From Eledone cirrhosa (taxonomy: Eukaryota), in contig OZ024744.1 in NCBI GenBank assembly GCA_964016885.1, positions 53,258,001-53,322,000 of the forward strand: 64,000 nucleotides of DNA, written 5' to 3'. Positions 12,861-26,738 of this stretch are shown one piece after another. The position numbers were made by a program, and so were the translations under genes. The notes beneath the pieces were generated by a model. It did no database searches, was not told the origin of the DNA, and saw only the letters and a program-made list of their open reading frames with translations. Every line of letters begins with the position of its first letter. Positions within the stretch are counted from its first letter, which is position 1.

Positions 12861-13454
12861 ATTATTTATACTCCCAGGAACACGTATGCAAATTGTAAGT
12901 TGAACTTTCAACTCTGTTTATTACATTTCGATTTTATCAAATTTTTTCTTTGCTTTCTACTTGAAAGCCCTGGTCGATTACTTTTTGGAATTCTTTTTTC
13001 TATGTCCGTTTTGGAAAAATGTGTCAACGTGGTTTTCGAGGTAGTGGTTGCCTGATACCTTCATATCATTGTCACATGAAACTGAGAGTGAAGACTGAGA
13101 GTGAAAACTACTGTAATAGTGATCTCATACCAAGACAGGCAGGCACCAAATTGTTCTGAAAAGGGTAATTTTCCTCGCTGTTGAAGTTACCCTTTGCCGG
13201 AATTACATAATTTTCTGTGAAAGCCAGCTCCATATGGATTGTTGCCAGCAGATAGAGCAGTGGAAACTAATTAATCAGTTAGAGAAGAGGAACTCTAATT
13301 CTCTGGACACATGAAATCGTCCTTCTCACTATTTAACATATTAGTGTGCACTTTGTTTTCATTTGGGTTGGTATCATAGAGATACTAGCTTAATTAAAAC
13401 ATATATATATTATATTATATTATATTGTATTGTATTATGTTATATTATATTATA

Positions 13455-13643
13455 TGTGGATTGGCAGTGTCGGTAGAGGGTCGGACTCCATGCTTTACAG
13501 CATAGAGTTACGTCCCTTTATGATCTGAGTTCAAATCCCGCCGATGGTAACTTTGCCTTTCATCCTTACGGAGTCGATAAATTAAAGTACCAGTAATTCA
13601 CTGGGATAATTGGCGGTCTTGTGCTAAAAGTAGAAACAATTAT
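13455..13643 (+). mobile_element. SINE family A
   Basis: A/B-box head, shared core and (TTATA)n tail. Confidence 0.85.
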
Positions 13644-14269
13644 ATTATATTGTATTATATTATACTAGCAGTGGTACCTGGCGTTGCACGGGATAACGTA
13701 TTTTGGAACGCGGGCCGCCAACAGACCTAATCGTGGAAAAACTGCATGCCTCGACAATATGTAAAGAAAATAAACCGAATACTCTGATGGCTGGATAATC
13801 TTTAAGATTTTCTTCGATGAAGCAGCGAAAATGCAGGTTTTCACCTAATGGGGGCCCTAGGGCATCAAGAAAATGAATTTTTTTTATGTGCATAATATGC
13901 CTTGAAATTTCGGGAAAACTGGCTAGACGTAACGCCTAAAAAAAGCTCTAAAAAGCTGAAAAATGAAGGCCATAAAAAAGTTGGATTTTCTTTGCTCACG
14001 GTATGAAGAAGAGACTGACTTATATATAGTTACAATTTCAAGGAATCGGTCTGACTTAACGCCTCAAAATACCCCTAAAAAACTGAAAAAATACAGGCGA
14101 TCAAAAAGTTGAATTTTTTATGTGCATAACACTCCCTGAAACATAACGCGGGCCGCCAACAGACCTAATCGTGGAAAAACTGCATGCCTGGACAATATGT
14201 ATAGAAAATAAACTGAATACTCTGATGCAATTAGTATTAAGTATGATTTTCCTTCCACGTAGAGAAATC

Positions 14270-14332
14270 GACATCTGTCCTGCTGACTCATGCCACTTTA
14301 ATAAAGTGACATGAGTCAGCAGGAGAGATGTC
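14270..14332. repeat. 63-nt hairpin (30-bp stem, 2 mismatches, 3-nt loop)
   Basis: GACATCTGTCCTGCTGACTCATGCCACTTT-AAT-AAAGTGACATGAGTCAGCAGGAGAGATGTC. Confidence 0.85.
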
Positions 14333-15179
14333 ACCACTTATGTCAGAGGGAAGTCTGCAATGCTAGAGCAAGGCATGACGTGCAATCGGACAGCATGTGG
14401 AGCCTTCTCAAAGGAGTCCACCGCACCTTAGTAAGTAAACGCAACTGGACAAACGTTTACCAAACTGTGGATATAATTTAACAAATTTAAAGAGGAATGG
14501 TGCAATAAAATGGGCCCGAAGGCGTGTGCGCGTTCGTTGGCAGCCCTAAACGAAAGGGTCGCCATCAGCTATTTCAAGGGCCCTTAAAGGGGCCGTGTAA
14601 GCCGTTCACTGATACCCCAGTAAGGAGGGCTAACCATCAACAATTTCAAGTTGTGGCCCTAAAAAGGGCCATGTGGGCGTTCACTTGTAGCCCTTAATAG
14701 TGACTTTGACTGCGTTCTCTGACATTTGAAGGAGGGTATTACGATTGCTTCCACTGGTAGCCTTTAGAATGAATCAGAATGCGTTCGTGGTCCGTTTAAC
14801 AGCCATACATTGACTCGCCGAGTGAGAAGTGGAAGGTCCACCATCTCTGAAGGTAGTCACCTAAAGCCGAGCGAAAACGTATTTCAGGTAATAGGCCGTA
14901 TGAATGGCAACCAGATTACCTTAAGAGAGGTTGATAACGAACCTATCTCGTCCTTGTGCAAATGCAAGAAGACTTTCCCAGCTACCAACTCTAGAGCACG
15001 CAACGAACAACGATCCGCTTAACGACCTTACATTGCCGCACCAATTGTCAAGGGGAAGGTTCTTAGCTGAAGGGTTCACTTTAAACATTAACAAAACGCA
15101 TTTCAGTTAGTAGCCCGTACGAATTGCGACCACATTGGTTTATGAAAGGGCAATAATGAACCTACCTTCTCGCTGTTGC

Positions 15180-18100
15180 ATTTGTAAACAATGTTCCTTG
15201 TTTTCCCTCGACGTGCATAGGCAAAAAACCTCTCCCTGCTGCCAACTCTAGTGCACACAACGTACAATTGTACAGGGCTCCTCCAGTAGAAGTCCGGCCA
15301 CAGAAAGAGTCTGACCCTGGGACATGTTAATGAACATGGCAAAACTGACTCGAAGCGGGAATTGCAGTCTTCTGAAGGTAAACGGAATTTCGACTCCCGA
15401 AGGAGTAAGAGGAATTCTCGGAATGAAGACATCATCGCCTTTTCCGCACCCAGAGATGATTGTTGCCTCGATAACATGGTCCGTCATTTTCTGTACAGCC
15501 AGGCGTGTTCCGTTGCACAGCCTCGGTGGCTCCAAATTCCGCAGCAACGTAACAGGAGTCCCTACTTTAAGGCGTAGCATGTGGGGCGGAAGTCCCGGAG
15601 GCTGTAAGGAGTTTAGGAATTCTGGTGGAAAGTTCACCACTTCATTTGGACCGCGCATCATGTCAACAGACTTGTAATTGCGAAGAGCACTAGGAAGGGA
15701 ATCCAGTAGTAGGTTGTTAAAATTGTTAACAGTGGCGTTTTTTGGAGCAAGCACTGCTCTTTCACACAACCATGCGTGGTCCTGGAAATGGTGTTGCAAA
15801 TCCGGAAACACTTTGTCTTTGAGCTCTGCCGCAGAATTAACAGAAGTCGCAAATGGCCACACTTCCTGTTCGCCTTCAGCGTCAAGAGGCATGTTGCCGT
15901 CGCCAAGCTTCAGAATGTCCCGTGCAAAGTGGCGGACGTTTGGTCTCCGTACAATTGAGCCCTCATGTTGGTTGTAAGAGTCAGTTTCCTGACATGGCGC
16001 CATAGGGGAGATGACTTCAGACATGCTTGGACCTCGTCAGATCGTGTACCATTGGGAATTACAGGGAGGGTCTGCCTGAAGTCACCCTAAAGCAGAAGCG
16101 TAACACCTCCCATCGGATCCTGGCAGCCTCTGATATCCTGGAGGGTTGTTTTCAAAGCGTCAAGAGCTCCTTTGTGCGCCATGGTGCACTCATCCCAGAC
16201 AATGAGTTGACACCGTTTCAGGACTTGGGCCTGGTCGGAATTCCTGCTGATGCTGCAAGTGGGTGTTTCTGACTTCGTTAAATTGAAGGGCAATTTAAAA
16301 GTGGAGTGTGCAGTCCTGCCATTGGGCAGCAAAGTTGCAGCAATCCCCTAAGAGGCCACAGCAACCGCAATGTCATTGTGCATCCTGACTTTTGCAAGGA
16401 GAAGCCTTGTTAAAAATGTTTTGCCCGTCCCTCCAGGAGCATCCAGAAAGAAAATACCTCCTTTTCTTTGGCGCACATGGTCAGCAACAATGATGTAAAC
16501 TCGATGTTGATCCGGAAGAAGTTGTGGTTCAGTTTCATGGATGCACTTGGCAAGGACATCGACTTCGTAGGATGTTTCCCGAAGAAGAGCTGTAGGAAGT
16601 ATGATTGACCCGGTACGGAGTGCTTGGGGTAGACGATATGACGGCAAATAATTTCCACCGAGTGATGCAACTCAAAGCACAATTAAAGACCTCATCGCTG
16701 GTTCATTCCATTTGAGGGTATTGCAGTTGAGCCAGGCGTTTGTAGTCCTCAGATAAGTCTTCTTTGAACTGTAGCCACAAAGACATAGGATTGCTTAGTT
16801 CGCAAGTTTGCATCATTACTGCAAATAGAGCTCGTAAACGCATAGACGATTGAAATGCAACGCTTTCGAACAAAGTCGCTTCCCACTGCGCACCGTCTTC
16901 CAGCAGGCTTCCCGGTAAGTGCTGCACACGCAGCCGCCAAAACTTCGGAGGTCGTGAAAAATTGGGATCCTCTTACCTCATGCAGCAGAAGGCGAAGGTA
17001 GAAGCACTCGTGCTGGTTCGGGTGCACAGTGTAAACCCTCCAGAGGCAACTGTCAAACTTTATGCCGGGATGTCCTTCAACAGGTTGACCTTGCCTTTCT
17101 GACCCATTGTTGCTTATTCCATGTGTAGTAGGACGGCACCTGGGGGTAAAGCAGAGTCTGTGCAAAAGAGTCGGTCCGACGCAGTTTCAGTGAGGGTTGT
17201 TTCTCGTGGGTCCTCCACCATTTTGGCAGCATTAGCGTCGGTGAAGTAGACCCTTTTACCATTCTGAAGGTGAACCGCGAGCTGTACAATAGCTGGGTGC
17301 CTTTGGTGTGGTGTATTGGGAACCCAAAAATCCGCCAGAAAGCCTCGTTGCTACTGATGTAAAAGCCACCTTAGTATTGCGAGACCTCATCACGGCTGTT
17401 GTCCTGATGGAGACCGAACATAGCAGCGTCTGAACCCTTATTCACGTAGTTTCAGATGTACTTGATGGACTTGACGGAGCTACAGAATTCCACATTGATG
17501 TGGGCACCGAAGGTCTTCGAAAGAAGTGGGCAGTAGTGCACTATCCATCGGTTGTCGACCTCGTGCTGTCCAACTATCGCTGTGAAACCACCGTCTCTGG
17601 GTTGCCGTCGTCTGTACATTGGGTACCCGTCCACGCCAGTCTGGGTTTCTTTAAGGAACTTTCGGGGAAACCTTTTGCTGCAGACATTGTTGTTCAGGCA
17701 AGGTGAGCTCAAATTGAAACCACGGCCATGTGGACCATGGACCATGTTTGCTTTAACTATTTCGTAGAGGTCTTTGTCCGCTCAGTGGAGATGACCTTGT
17801 CAATGTCGTTTGGAGATATTCTTGCGGACAGCCAGATGAGGATATGGGCATGTGGTAGGTCCCTCTTCTCCCACTCGACGGTGTACATGTCGCATATAAC
17901 TGGTCCGAAGACTAGTCCTCTCTTGATGCGCCCCATCAGGTTGATAAGCTTCAGCCGAAAGACTCTGGCCAGGAGGTCATGCCTGTCTTTGGCCTGTTGC
18001 CCTTGGAACAGTTCTGCAGCAATCTCCTTCCACTTAGGATTGCAAGTGAAAGTGATGAACAGGTGGGGCCTGCCGTAATGCCGAACGTAAGTCATGGCAT

Positions 18101-20308
18101 CTTGGGTCCTCTCGTGCATGTAGCGCGGACTTCCGGTGAAAGTGGAAGGAAGGGTGCAGAGTTTTCCTACGCTGGGTGGCGCTGCATCACTGGTGAGGGC
18201 ATCTCCGAGGTGGATGTAGCTCTCAGACCGCAATTGCCTCTGGTGTGACCGGATGAAGCACAACCTTTCCCATTCCATTTTCGCACACATGTCGACGGCG
18301 AATTGCTGAAAGAGGTCTCTTGATTGGTGCAAGTGGTTGAATGAGTTGCGGTGTACCATGAAGTGGTAAGAGTAGAAATTCATGCAGGAAACAGTTTTAT
18401 TAGTTGAATGCCTAGGATGTCCGGGATTATCCCGAAAAATACCAAATCGGTAGCCGTCCTTTCCTTTCCCAAACAGCAGTGGATATTGAAGAGCGTCATA
18501 CGTTGGAGGATGTTGTCTCGTCGCCGTAGAACAATGTCTCGAGGGTTGTGCTGATAACTGTGAAGAAGTACAGATATTTCGTTGTACGCAGGTATATTGT
18601 AGCGGCCCGAATGTTCGCCAGAAGGTCTTTTCGAGGCATCAATTACGACATTGAAATTTGATGCAGGAGCTGCTTCCAATGGGTACTTGAAGCTGATGAC
18701 ATAGCTGTTGTATGTGTGCAAATGTCTTGCAGGTTTCTGATAATGTCAAGGTTGGTGGCAGGTGAAATGGAGTTCCGCATGGCAGCCTGTTCGAAGTAAA
18801 TTTGGAGGAACTGGGGATCTTCGTTGGCAGTAGGTCGGAGCGGACCGTTTATATGATATACCTGCCCTTGCGCTTTAAATGTGGGTATACATCCACCCTC
18901 TCTGACAACATTTGCCCCGAAATATCCAGTAATATCCGGAAGGACAATTGTACTTCCGGATATTACTGAGAAAGTGCTTTGAATCGGCAGTTGAGCCTGA
19001 AAGGAGGATCTTCAGCGGCTGCGGTGGGTCTTCCACTGGGTGCAATTTAACCTTCCCGCTTGAGCAGCACTTTTTGGCATTGCAAAATGAGCACGTTTTT
19101 GACATACTTCCAAGTGTCATGTTTGGGTGGCTGCCGTAATGAAAGATGGGGCTGTACTCTAAAGCTTTGAAGGCCCATTGTAAGCTGCACGGCTTTGAAA
19201 CACCTTGCCTAAGGGCTCTTCGATGGACATTACTCTCTAGACGGTTATTGCGGTCTTGCGCCGTTTTGGAAACTCGAGCAGCAGCAGTGTTCGGAGCATC
19301 CGTTGCCCGACGTCTAATGCGCTGTTCTTCGTTCTCCGCAGCCCGTGAAGCAGAAGTTGACGCGGCATCAGAGGTTCGGTGACGTTTACGCTGTTGGTCT
19401 GGCTCTGCAGCTCTTGCAGCAGACGTTGACGCGACGTTAGCGGTATGGCGGCTTCGACGTTAGTCTTCAGTCTCTGCAGCTCTTGCAGCAGACGTTGACG
19501 CGACGTTAGCGGTATGGCGGCTTCGACGCTGGTCTTCAGTCTCTGCAGCTCTTGCAGCAGACGTTGACGCGACGTTAGCGGTATGGCGGCTTCGACGCTG
19601 GTCTTCAGTCTCTGCAGCTCTTGCAGCAGACGTTGACGCGACGTTAGCGGTATGGCGGCTTCGACGCTGGTCTTCAGTCTCTGCAGCTCTTGCAGCAGAC
19701 GTTGACGCGACGTTAGCGGTATGGCGGCTTCGACGCTGGTCTTCAGTCTCTGCAGCTCTTGCAGCAGACGTTGACGCGACGTTAGCGGTATGGCGGCTTC
19801 GACGTTAGTCTTCAGTCTCTGCAGCTCTTGCAGCAGACGTTGACGCGACGTTAGCGGTATGGCGGCTTCGACGCTGGTCTTCAGTCTCTGCAGCTCTTGC
19901 AGCAGACGTTGACGCGACGTTAGCGGTATGGCGGCTTCGACGCTGGTCTTCAGTCTCTGCAGTTCTTGCAGCAGACGTTGACGCGACGTTAGCGGTATGG
20001 CGGCTTCGACGTTAGTCTTCAGTCTCTGCAGCTCTTGCAGCAGACGTTGATGCCGCATTAGCGGTATGGCGGCTTCGACGTTAGTCTTCAGTCTCTGCAG
20101 CTCTTGCAGTAGCAGTCAAAACAGCAATAGTTGTTCGGCGAGCGGTTCGTTGGTCGTCTGTTTCGAGTGCTCTTCTTACGGCACCACGTTCAGCAGCTTA
20201 TGACCGTCAGATAGTAGAATCCTCTGAGGATTCGTTTGCCCGCCTTGCTCTTGACATTGCAGCTTTCGCATTTTTTCGTCCGATGGAGTATCTCTTCGTT
20301 CAAGGCAT
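15180..20308 (-). pseudogene. Helitron Rep/PIF1-family helicase (RepHel), many stops and frameshifts
   Basis: Rep motifs LFITFTCNPKW, VEWEKRDLPHAHIL and SIKYI. Helicase motifs FLDAPGGTGKTF, IVWDECTM, RLCNGTRL and QFPLRVSFAM..SQGQTL. Start MP*TKRYSIG at 20308. Confidence 0.92.
19400..20110 (-). repeat. 69-bp coding tandem repeat (~10 copies), 23-aa STPR-like repeat in the RepHel N-terminus
   Basis: Period 69. The Rep frame reads ETEDQRRSRHTANVASTSAARAA, with diverged ET/EN-type units on both sides. Confidence 0.85.
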
Positions 20309-21621
20309 GACCTAAAATTTGGAGGAAGGGCACTCAGACTCATTCCTAGAGCAAGGGCTAATTTGTAAATGAATTGCATTAGGTGCCTATGGATTTGTTT
20401 ACTGGTATGTGGCCTAAAGGCAAGGCAACTTGCTTAACTACCCTCGGGGTATTGGGATGACAGTAAGCCTAACATTGCAACAACCGAGGCCAAAAAAGAA
20501 GTAAAGGTCAATGATACGATTGTGGGCAGCAGTGTAAAACAGTGTAGGCGTTAGCGCCTACGTGCATCAGGTGAAAACTGGAGAGAGAAACTGTGTGCGC
20601 TTACCAAATGTCTGTTGAATTAGTGGTAGATTTGGCCCTCAGCAGGAGTGGCAGAGCAGCTGGTGTCAGAGAGTTGGTGGTTTTTCTGCTAGTCATTTAT
20701 AATTCTTACAAAGTATAAAATTTACACACAAAAAAATATACAATATTTTATTTCTTAAGTAATTCGCATAAAAATATAAAATCAAAACGAAAAAAAATAT
20801 ATATAGAGAGAGATTTTCTACAATACTAAGCGGTAAAATAGTAACTTTTGTTCTCGTAAAGGCACGTAAGTAAGCAACACTGTGAAAACTGAAGCTATTA
20901 TAGCGATGTTTTCTTTACCGGCTTTAATTTTTAGTGTTGTGTGAAATATATAACCAGCAAACCGGATTTTTGAATCGCAGCAGGATCGACTTTATTTCAC
21001 TCGCTCCACTAAAAATAGGATTTTTATGCTCACGGTATGAAGAAGAGACTGACTAATACATAGTTACCGGCTTTCATTTTTAGTGTTGTTTGAAATATAT
21101 AACCGCCTTAGCTAAGCTTAGTATTGCCACAAATACGGCTGGCAAAGAAGTAGGGGTCTGGTGGTACGTAAGTAAGCAACACTGTGGCTTAAAACGTGAG
21201 GAAGAAGTTGTGTGCACTAACCAACTGTTTGGGGAATGAGTGTGAGATTTGTCTTGAGCAAGGGTGGCGGAATAACCGGAGGCAGTAGACAGCCAGACAT
21301 ACAGACAGATATTATAAGGGCGCGACGTTATATGTATGTATATATCTAAAAAGAGAAAGACTAAGAATTATATAGAGAGAGATCGCTAAATCGCCTAATG
21401 CGATCCCTGGGGCATTGACAATTTGAAATTGTCTTTGCTCAGAACACTCCCTGAAACATAAGTATTACATGTGTAAAGTTTGAAAACAGTCGGTTGGGTG
21501 CTTCTCGAGTTTTAGGGATTCAAACTCACACACACACAGTCAGACATCCTCAGTTTTATATATATAGAAATATATTATTATATATTATTATATTACATGT
21601 ATTATTTTATACATTATTATA

Positions 21622-21797
21622 TTCGGTAGAGGGTCGGACGCTATGCTTTGCAGCAAAGTGTTACGGCCCTTTATGGTCCGAGTTCAAATCCGGCCGAGGT
21701 TAACTTTGCCTTTCATCCTTACGAGGGTCGATAAAATAAAGTACCAGTAATACACTGGGATAATTGCTGGGATTGTGCCAAAAGTAGAAACAATTAT
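21622..21797 (+). mobile_element. SINE family A
   Basis: Shared core and long (TTATA)n tail. Confidence 0.85.
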
Positions 21798-21920
21798 ATT
21801 ATATTATATTATATTATATTATATTATATTATATTATATTATATTATATTATATTATATTATATTATATTATACATTATTATAATATATTATATTATATT
21901 ATATTATTATTGTTTATATT

Positions 21921-22110
21921 AGGGCGGTGAATTGGCAGTATCGGTAGTGAGTCGGACATGCTTTCCAGCGTAGTTACGTCCCTTTACCACCTCAGTTCAA
22001 ATCCCGCGAGGTTAACTTTGCCTTTCATCCTTAAGGGGTAGATAAAATAAAGTACCAGTAATGTACTGGGGTAATTGCTGGGCTTGTGCCAAAAAGTAGA
22101 AACAATTATA
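21921..22110 (+). mobile_element. SINE family A, full length
   Basis: GGGCGGTGAATTGGCAG head, B-box and core. Confidence 0.85.
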
Positions 22111-22428
22111 TTATATTATATTGTATTGTTCTATTTATGTTCATACACAGAAAAATGACGCTACCCAACGAGTGAACGTCGAAATTTCACCAAACCTCCA
22201 GAAAAATAAGAGGTATTAAAATAGTGACCTTTCTTCAGGAACTAATACGAGTAAGGTAGAATGTCTTTGTTCCGTGCATGAATATGAATAAATAATATAT
22301 TTCTGCTCTTTTCTCGATTGGGCACTGTTTTCTCTTTTTCTATTTCACATCTACGGAAATTGCTACATATTCATATATACTGTGATTAACCCCGAGTGAA
22401 CCCGAGATACACACACACATATACATAT

Positions 22429-22621
22429 ACGGTGAAGTTCCGTTGTAACGAAATTCATGGGTTATAGAAAAAATTCGTTTTTAACGAAAAATTCTTTGTA
22501 ACGAAATTGACCTAAACAAATCCAGCAAATTGTTTGTTATCAACTTTGGGATTGAAAAAAAATTCGTTATATTGAAAAATTCGTTATAATGGTATTCTTT
22601 ATAACGGAATTTTACCTACGT
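22429..22621. mobile_element. Tc1/pogo (Tigger)-like MITE
   Basis: TA|CGGTGAAGTTCCGTTGTAACGAA ... TTATAACGGAATTTTACC inverted ends. Internal (TA)ACGAA motifs and TA-rich flanks. Confidence 0.55.
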
Positions 22622-22663
22622 ATATATATATATAGATATAGATATACATATATATATATCTAT

Positions 22664-25176
22664 CTAAGGCGGGTAAAATTCCCGAGATCCATGGACGAGT
22701 TCTCTCCAGCGGTCTCTGTCCCTCATTATCGCTGCCATATCCTGCATCTCCAACAGACCAGTGTCTGTCCTTAGGACATCAACATATGTTAACCTTGGTC
22801 TTCCTCTTCTAGTGTGTCCATGTAGGGGCTCCCAAAGGAGCACTGAGTGCAATGTCAACTCTGGATGTCGGTGAGCATGTCCAGCCAACCTCAGTCTCCT
22901 CTGTGTCACTTTTGAGCTGACTTTTGGGATGCTCCCATACAGCTCTGAGATTTTCATCCTCAGTGTATACTGATTAATGTTCAGAGCCATCCTCAGCATT
23001 CTCGTGTAGCACCCATCCACCATCTGAGTGAGTTTCTTGGTCAGTGTCCAAGTCTCCGACCCATACAGCAGTACAGACTCCACTACAGCAATGAAGAGGC
23101 GGATTTTCAGGTCTCTACGAAGGTCCGACTTCCACACCGATCTCAAGCTGTGGCACGCCGCCCAGGCCTTGCTCTTCCTCTCAACCACATCATCCTCCGT
23201 ATTCCCAATCTTTGCTCCCAAATACAGGAAGTCCTCAACCAATTGCAGCGGCTTCCCACCTACATTAGTGATCCCCTTTGGCTTCTCAACATTCTCTACC
23301 AGATATTTTGTTTTAGTCTCATTCATTCTCAGCCCCACACTCATCAACACAGTCTCAACCCCTGCATCAAATCCTCTGCCTCCTTCACTGTATTTGTCAC
23401 CGAAACTATGTCGTCGGCAAATTCAGCATCCGATACCTTTTTCGCCCTAACTCTCCTGCTCTGACCCGGTGCTACAGTAAAGCCAGAGTCCTGGTGTTTC
23501 TCCAGTGCAAGGCGCATACAATAGTCCACTACGATGATAAAAAGGTAGGGAGCCAATGTAACTCCCTGGAGCACTCAAGCCAGTATTTCAAAGAACTCTG
23601 TCATCCCATCAGGTGTAATGGCTTGGGCTTTGGTGTTGGTGTAGAGCAGTGATATCAGGTCCACTATCCTCTTGGGGATTCCATAAGCCTGTAAGATCTT
23701 CATCAGGCAGTAACGGTCCACAGAACCAAAGGCCTTCCTAAATCAATGAAAACAATGACCGCAGGAAGGCACTTTGCTCTAGCTCCCTCTAATATCCTCC
23801 TCAGCATCAGGATGTGACTGGTGGTTGATCTACCCTCTCTGAAGCCGTTCTGGTTGTCCCTGAGCTTCTTCTCCATCTCAGGCTGGATCCTGTTAAGAAT
23901 CATCCTGTTGAGGGTCTTTGCCACAAGTGACGTCAGTGAGATCCCCCGGTAGTTGTTGGTGTTAGAGAGATCTCCCTTCTTTGGCACTGGGACGATGTTA
24001 CTGATCCTCCACTGATTCGGGGCAACTCCTTTCTCCAGTGCCCCGTTACAGAACCCCAGGATGATATCATCAAAATCACACCTCTTCATCACCTCTGATG
24101 CCACTCCATCTTCTCCATGAGCCTTGCCCTCCTTGATCTTCTTCTTGGCTCTCTGAAGCTCCTCTCTGGTGAAGGGCTCTGTCTCAACATCCAGTTCCTC
24201 AAACAGCCGCCTGATCTCCCCAGTGCTCTGGGCTGTGAAGGGTGGCTCTCCTAGTAGGGTCCTAAAATGGTCTAGCCATTTCCTCTTCCTATCCTCGGGC
24301 CCCGTTCCCTGGATCTGACTCGAACACCTTTTCTTCCTCCCTGTGATCTCATTGATGATCATCCAGCTCTCCTTACATCCAGATCTGTCAACCGCTCTCT
24401 CCACACTTCTGATCTTCTCTATCAGTGCCTCCTCTCTGACCTCAGTGTAAGCAGTACAGAGCTCTTCCCTCATCACCTCCACAGTCTCCATCCTCTCCTC
24501 CGTAGGATCAGCATAGAATTGGTCCCTGGCAGCTTTGAGGTGTTCTCTGGCTGCACACACTTTTGGGTTTGCAGAGCTGATGTGCTTCCCTTTGTTCTTT
24601 TTCCTCGGCACCAGGGTTTCACTTGCTTTCGCCACTGCATTGGTGAAGTGCCCGTACCTCCTCGTCACACTCTCCTCAGTCCATCCAATCTCTCTCTCCT
24701 CTGACTCTCCACACAGAGCACTAAACCTGTTTCTCACTTCCACTGTGAACCTCTCCTGTAGCTTATCATCTTCCTTGAAAGCTCCCCAGTCATAGATTGT
24801 TCTCCGGGGCTGAGCCTTGGTCTTTTTTAAGCTCACGCGGACCTCACACATAACAAGCCGGTGGTCACTACCCAGTGTACTGAAATAGCTGTATGGTTCC
24901 GTGTTCAGAACACTATTCCGCCACTTTTTCCACACCAGAATGAAATCAATCTGGGACTTGGACAGGTGCATATCTGAGATGTAGGTCCACATCTTCCCCA
25001 GATTCTTCCTAAACCTTAGGTTGGTCGCCATCAAGTTCGCCTCCAGCAGGGTGTCTCTCAGTAGTCTTCCATTTCGGTTGGTGTTGTTATGGAAGTACCA
25101 GCAAGGATCTTCACTGCCCTCCTTACTCAGATGTGCATTGAAGTCCCCCAAAACAAGCAGGATATTGTGTCCCTGA
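22664..25176 (-). mobile_element. RTE-type LINE, 5'-truncated, frameshifted APE-RT ORF
   Basis: LGDFNAH, SDHRLV, PKKGD..NYRGISL, QNGFR, QG.TLAPYLF, EFADD, VLLYGSETW, RGRPR. The 3' end runs into (TA)n. Confidence 0.92.
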
Positions 25177-25216
<40 letters not shown>

Positions 25217-25416
25217 CTGAAACAAAGTCAGCGGATATGGCCGAAAAATCTTCGATCGGTTTCCCACTCACTCTGTTTTAATTAAGCTGGTATCTTAAAT
25301 GTACCAGCCCAAAGGAAAATAGAGTGCACACTAATACGTTAAATAATCAGATGGACGATTCCATGACACACACATATATATGTATATGTATATATATATA
25401 TATGTATACATATATA

Positions 25417-25538
<122 letters not shown>

Positions 25539-25730
25539 TGGTAAACGGAATAGAAAATGCTGACACTTCTCCCTAAGACGAACCCACAACATACACACGT
25601 CAACATACATACCTGCATCAGCACACATCTCTACCCACATATAAACACAATGACATACGTAAACACACATGCTCTATGGTGCAACACAAAAAGATATATG
25701 TGCATATATATATATATGTGTGTATATGTG

Positions 25731-25792
<62 letters not shown>

Positions 25793-26151
25793 ATATATGT
25801 GTCTGTGTATATATATATAGTGAATATCATTTCACACCTTTTATTGTTAAGATTTTTTGATGTTCTATTAAGAGAACCGATTTTACTGAAAAAATCGAAT
25901 AATGTACACCATTTTACCAGGGGGGAAAAAAATACTAGTCCCCCCCCCCCACACACACATATATATATATACACACACACATACACACGCGTACATCAAC
26001 ATACAAAGAGACTTATATATACACACCACACACACACGCACTTCTCCGTATAAGACAAAAGCTGAAAAATATCTTTTGACATGCTAAAATACCCGCCATT
26101 GCTTTCAGACACATTCTTACTGACTATCCCTGCCACCACGAATTACTCTGC

Positions 26152-26466
<315 letters not shown>

Positions 26467-26490
26467 TTGTTGTGAAAGAGTCATTTCTCA

Positions 26491-26708
26491 ATCTTGGCGC
26501 AAAACCAATTTTTTATTCACATGACCTCTACCGACCAATCAAAATTGTTTTGACCACAAGAATTTTTGCTGGAGCCACTTTTTTAACATAAAAACAGTCT
26601 TGGCGCAAAATCAATTTTTTACATTCACATGACCTCTACCGACCAATCAAAATTGTTTTGACCACAAGAATTTTTGCAAATTGGAGCCACTTTTTTTAAC
26701 ATAAACAC
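26491..26708. repeat. ~107-bp tandem duplication
   Basis: TCTTGGCGCAAAA...TTTTTAACATAAA occurs twice. Confidence 0.85.
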
Positions 26709-26738
26709 AGGTAGAATTCCCAAAACTAATCAGATCAG

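Larger units (their letters stand above)
13665..21568 (-). mobile_element. Helitron with both termini and disrupted RepHel
   Basis: 5' end TCTATATATATAAA at 21568. 3' end is a CCCGTGCAACGCCAGG hairpin plus CTAG|T at 13665. Rep and PIF1 helicase remnants lie inside. Confidence 0.92.

Noticed and set aside
19237-20058. 273-aa ORF with RQRLLQELQRLKT repeats as a real coiled-coil protein
   Set aside because: It is a shadow frame of the 69-bp array. The frame continuous with RepHel reads ETEDQRRSRH...
21921-22010. tRNA genes
   Set aside because: These A/B-box sequences are SINE heads and do not form a cloverleaf.
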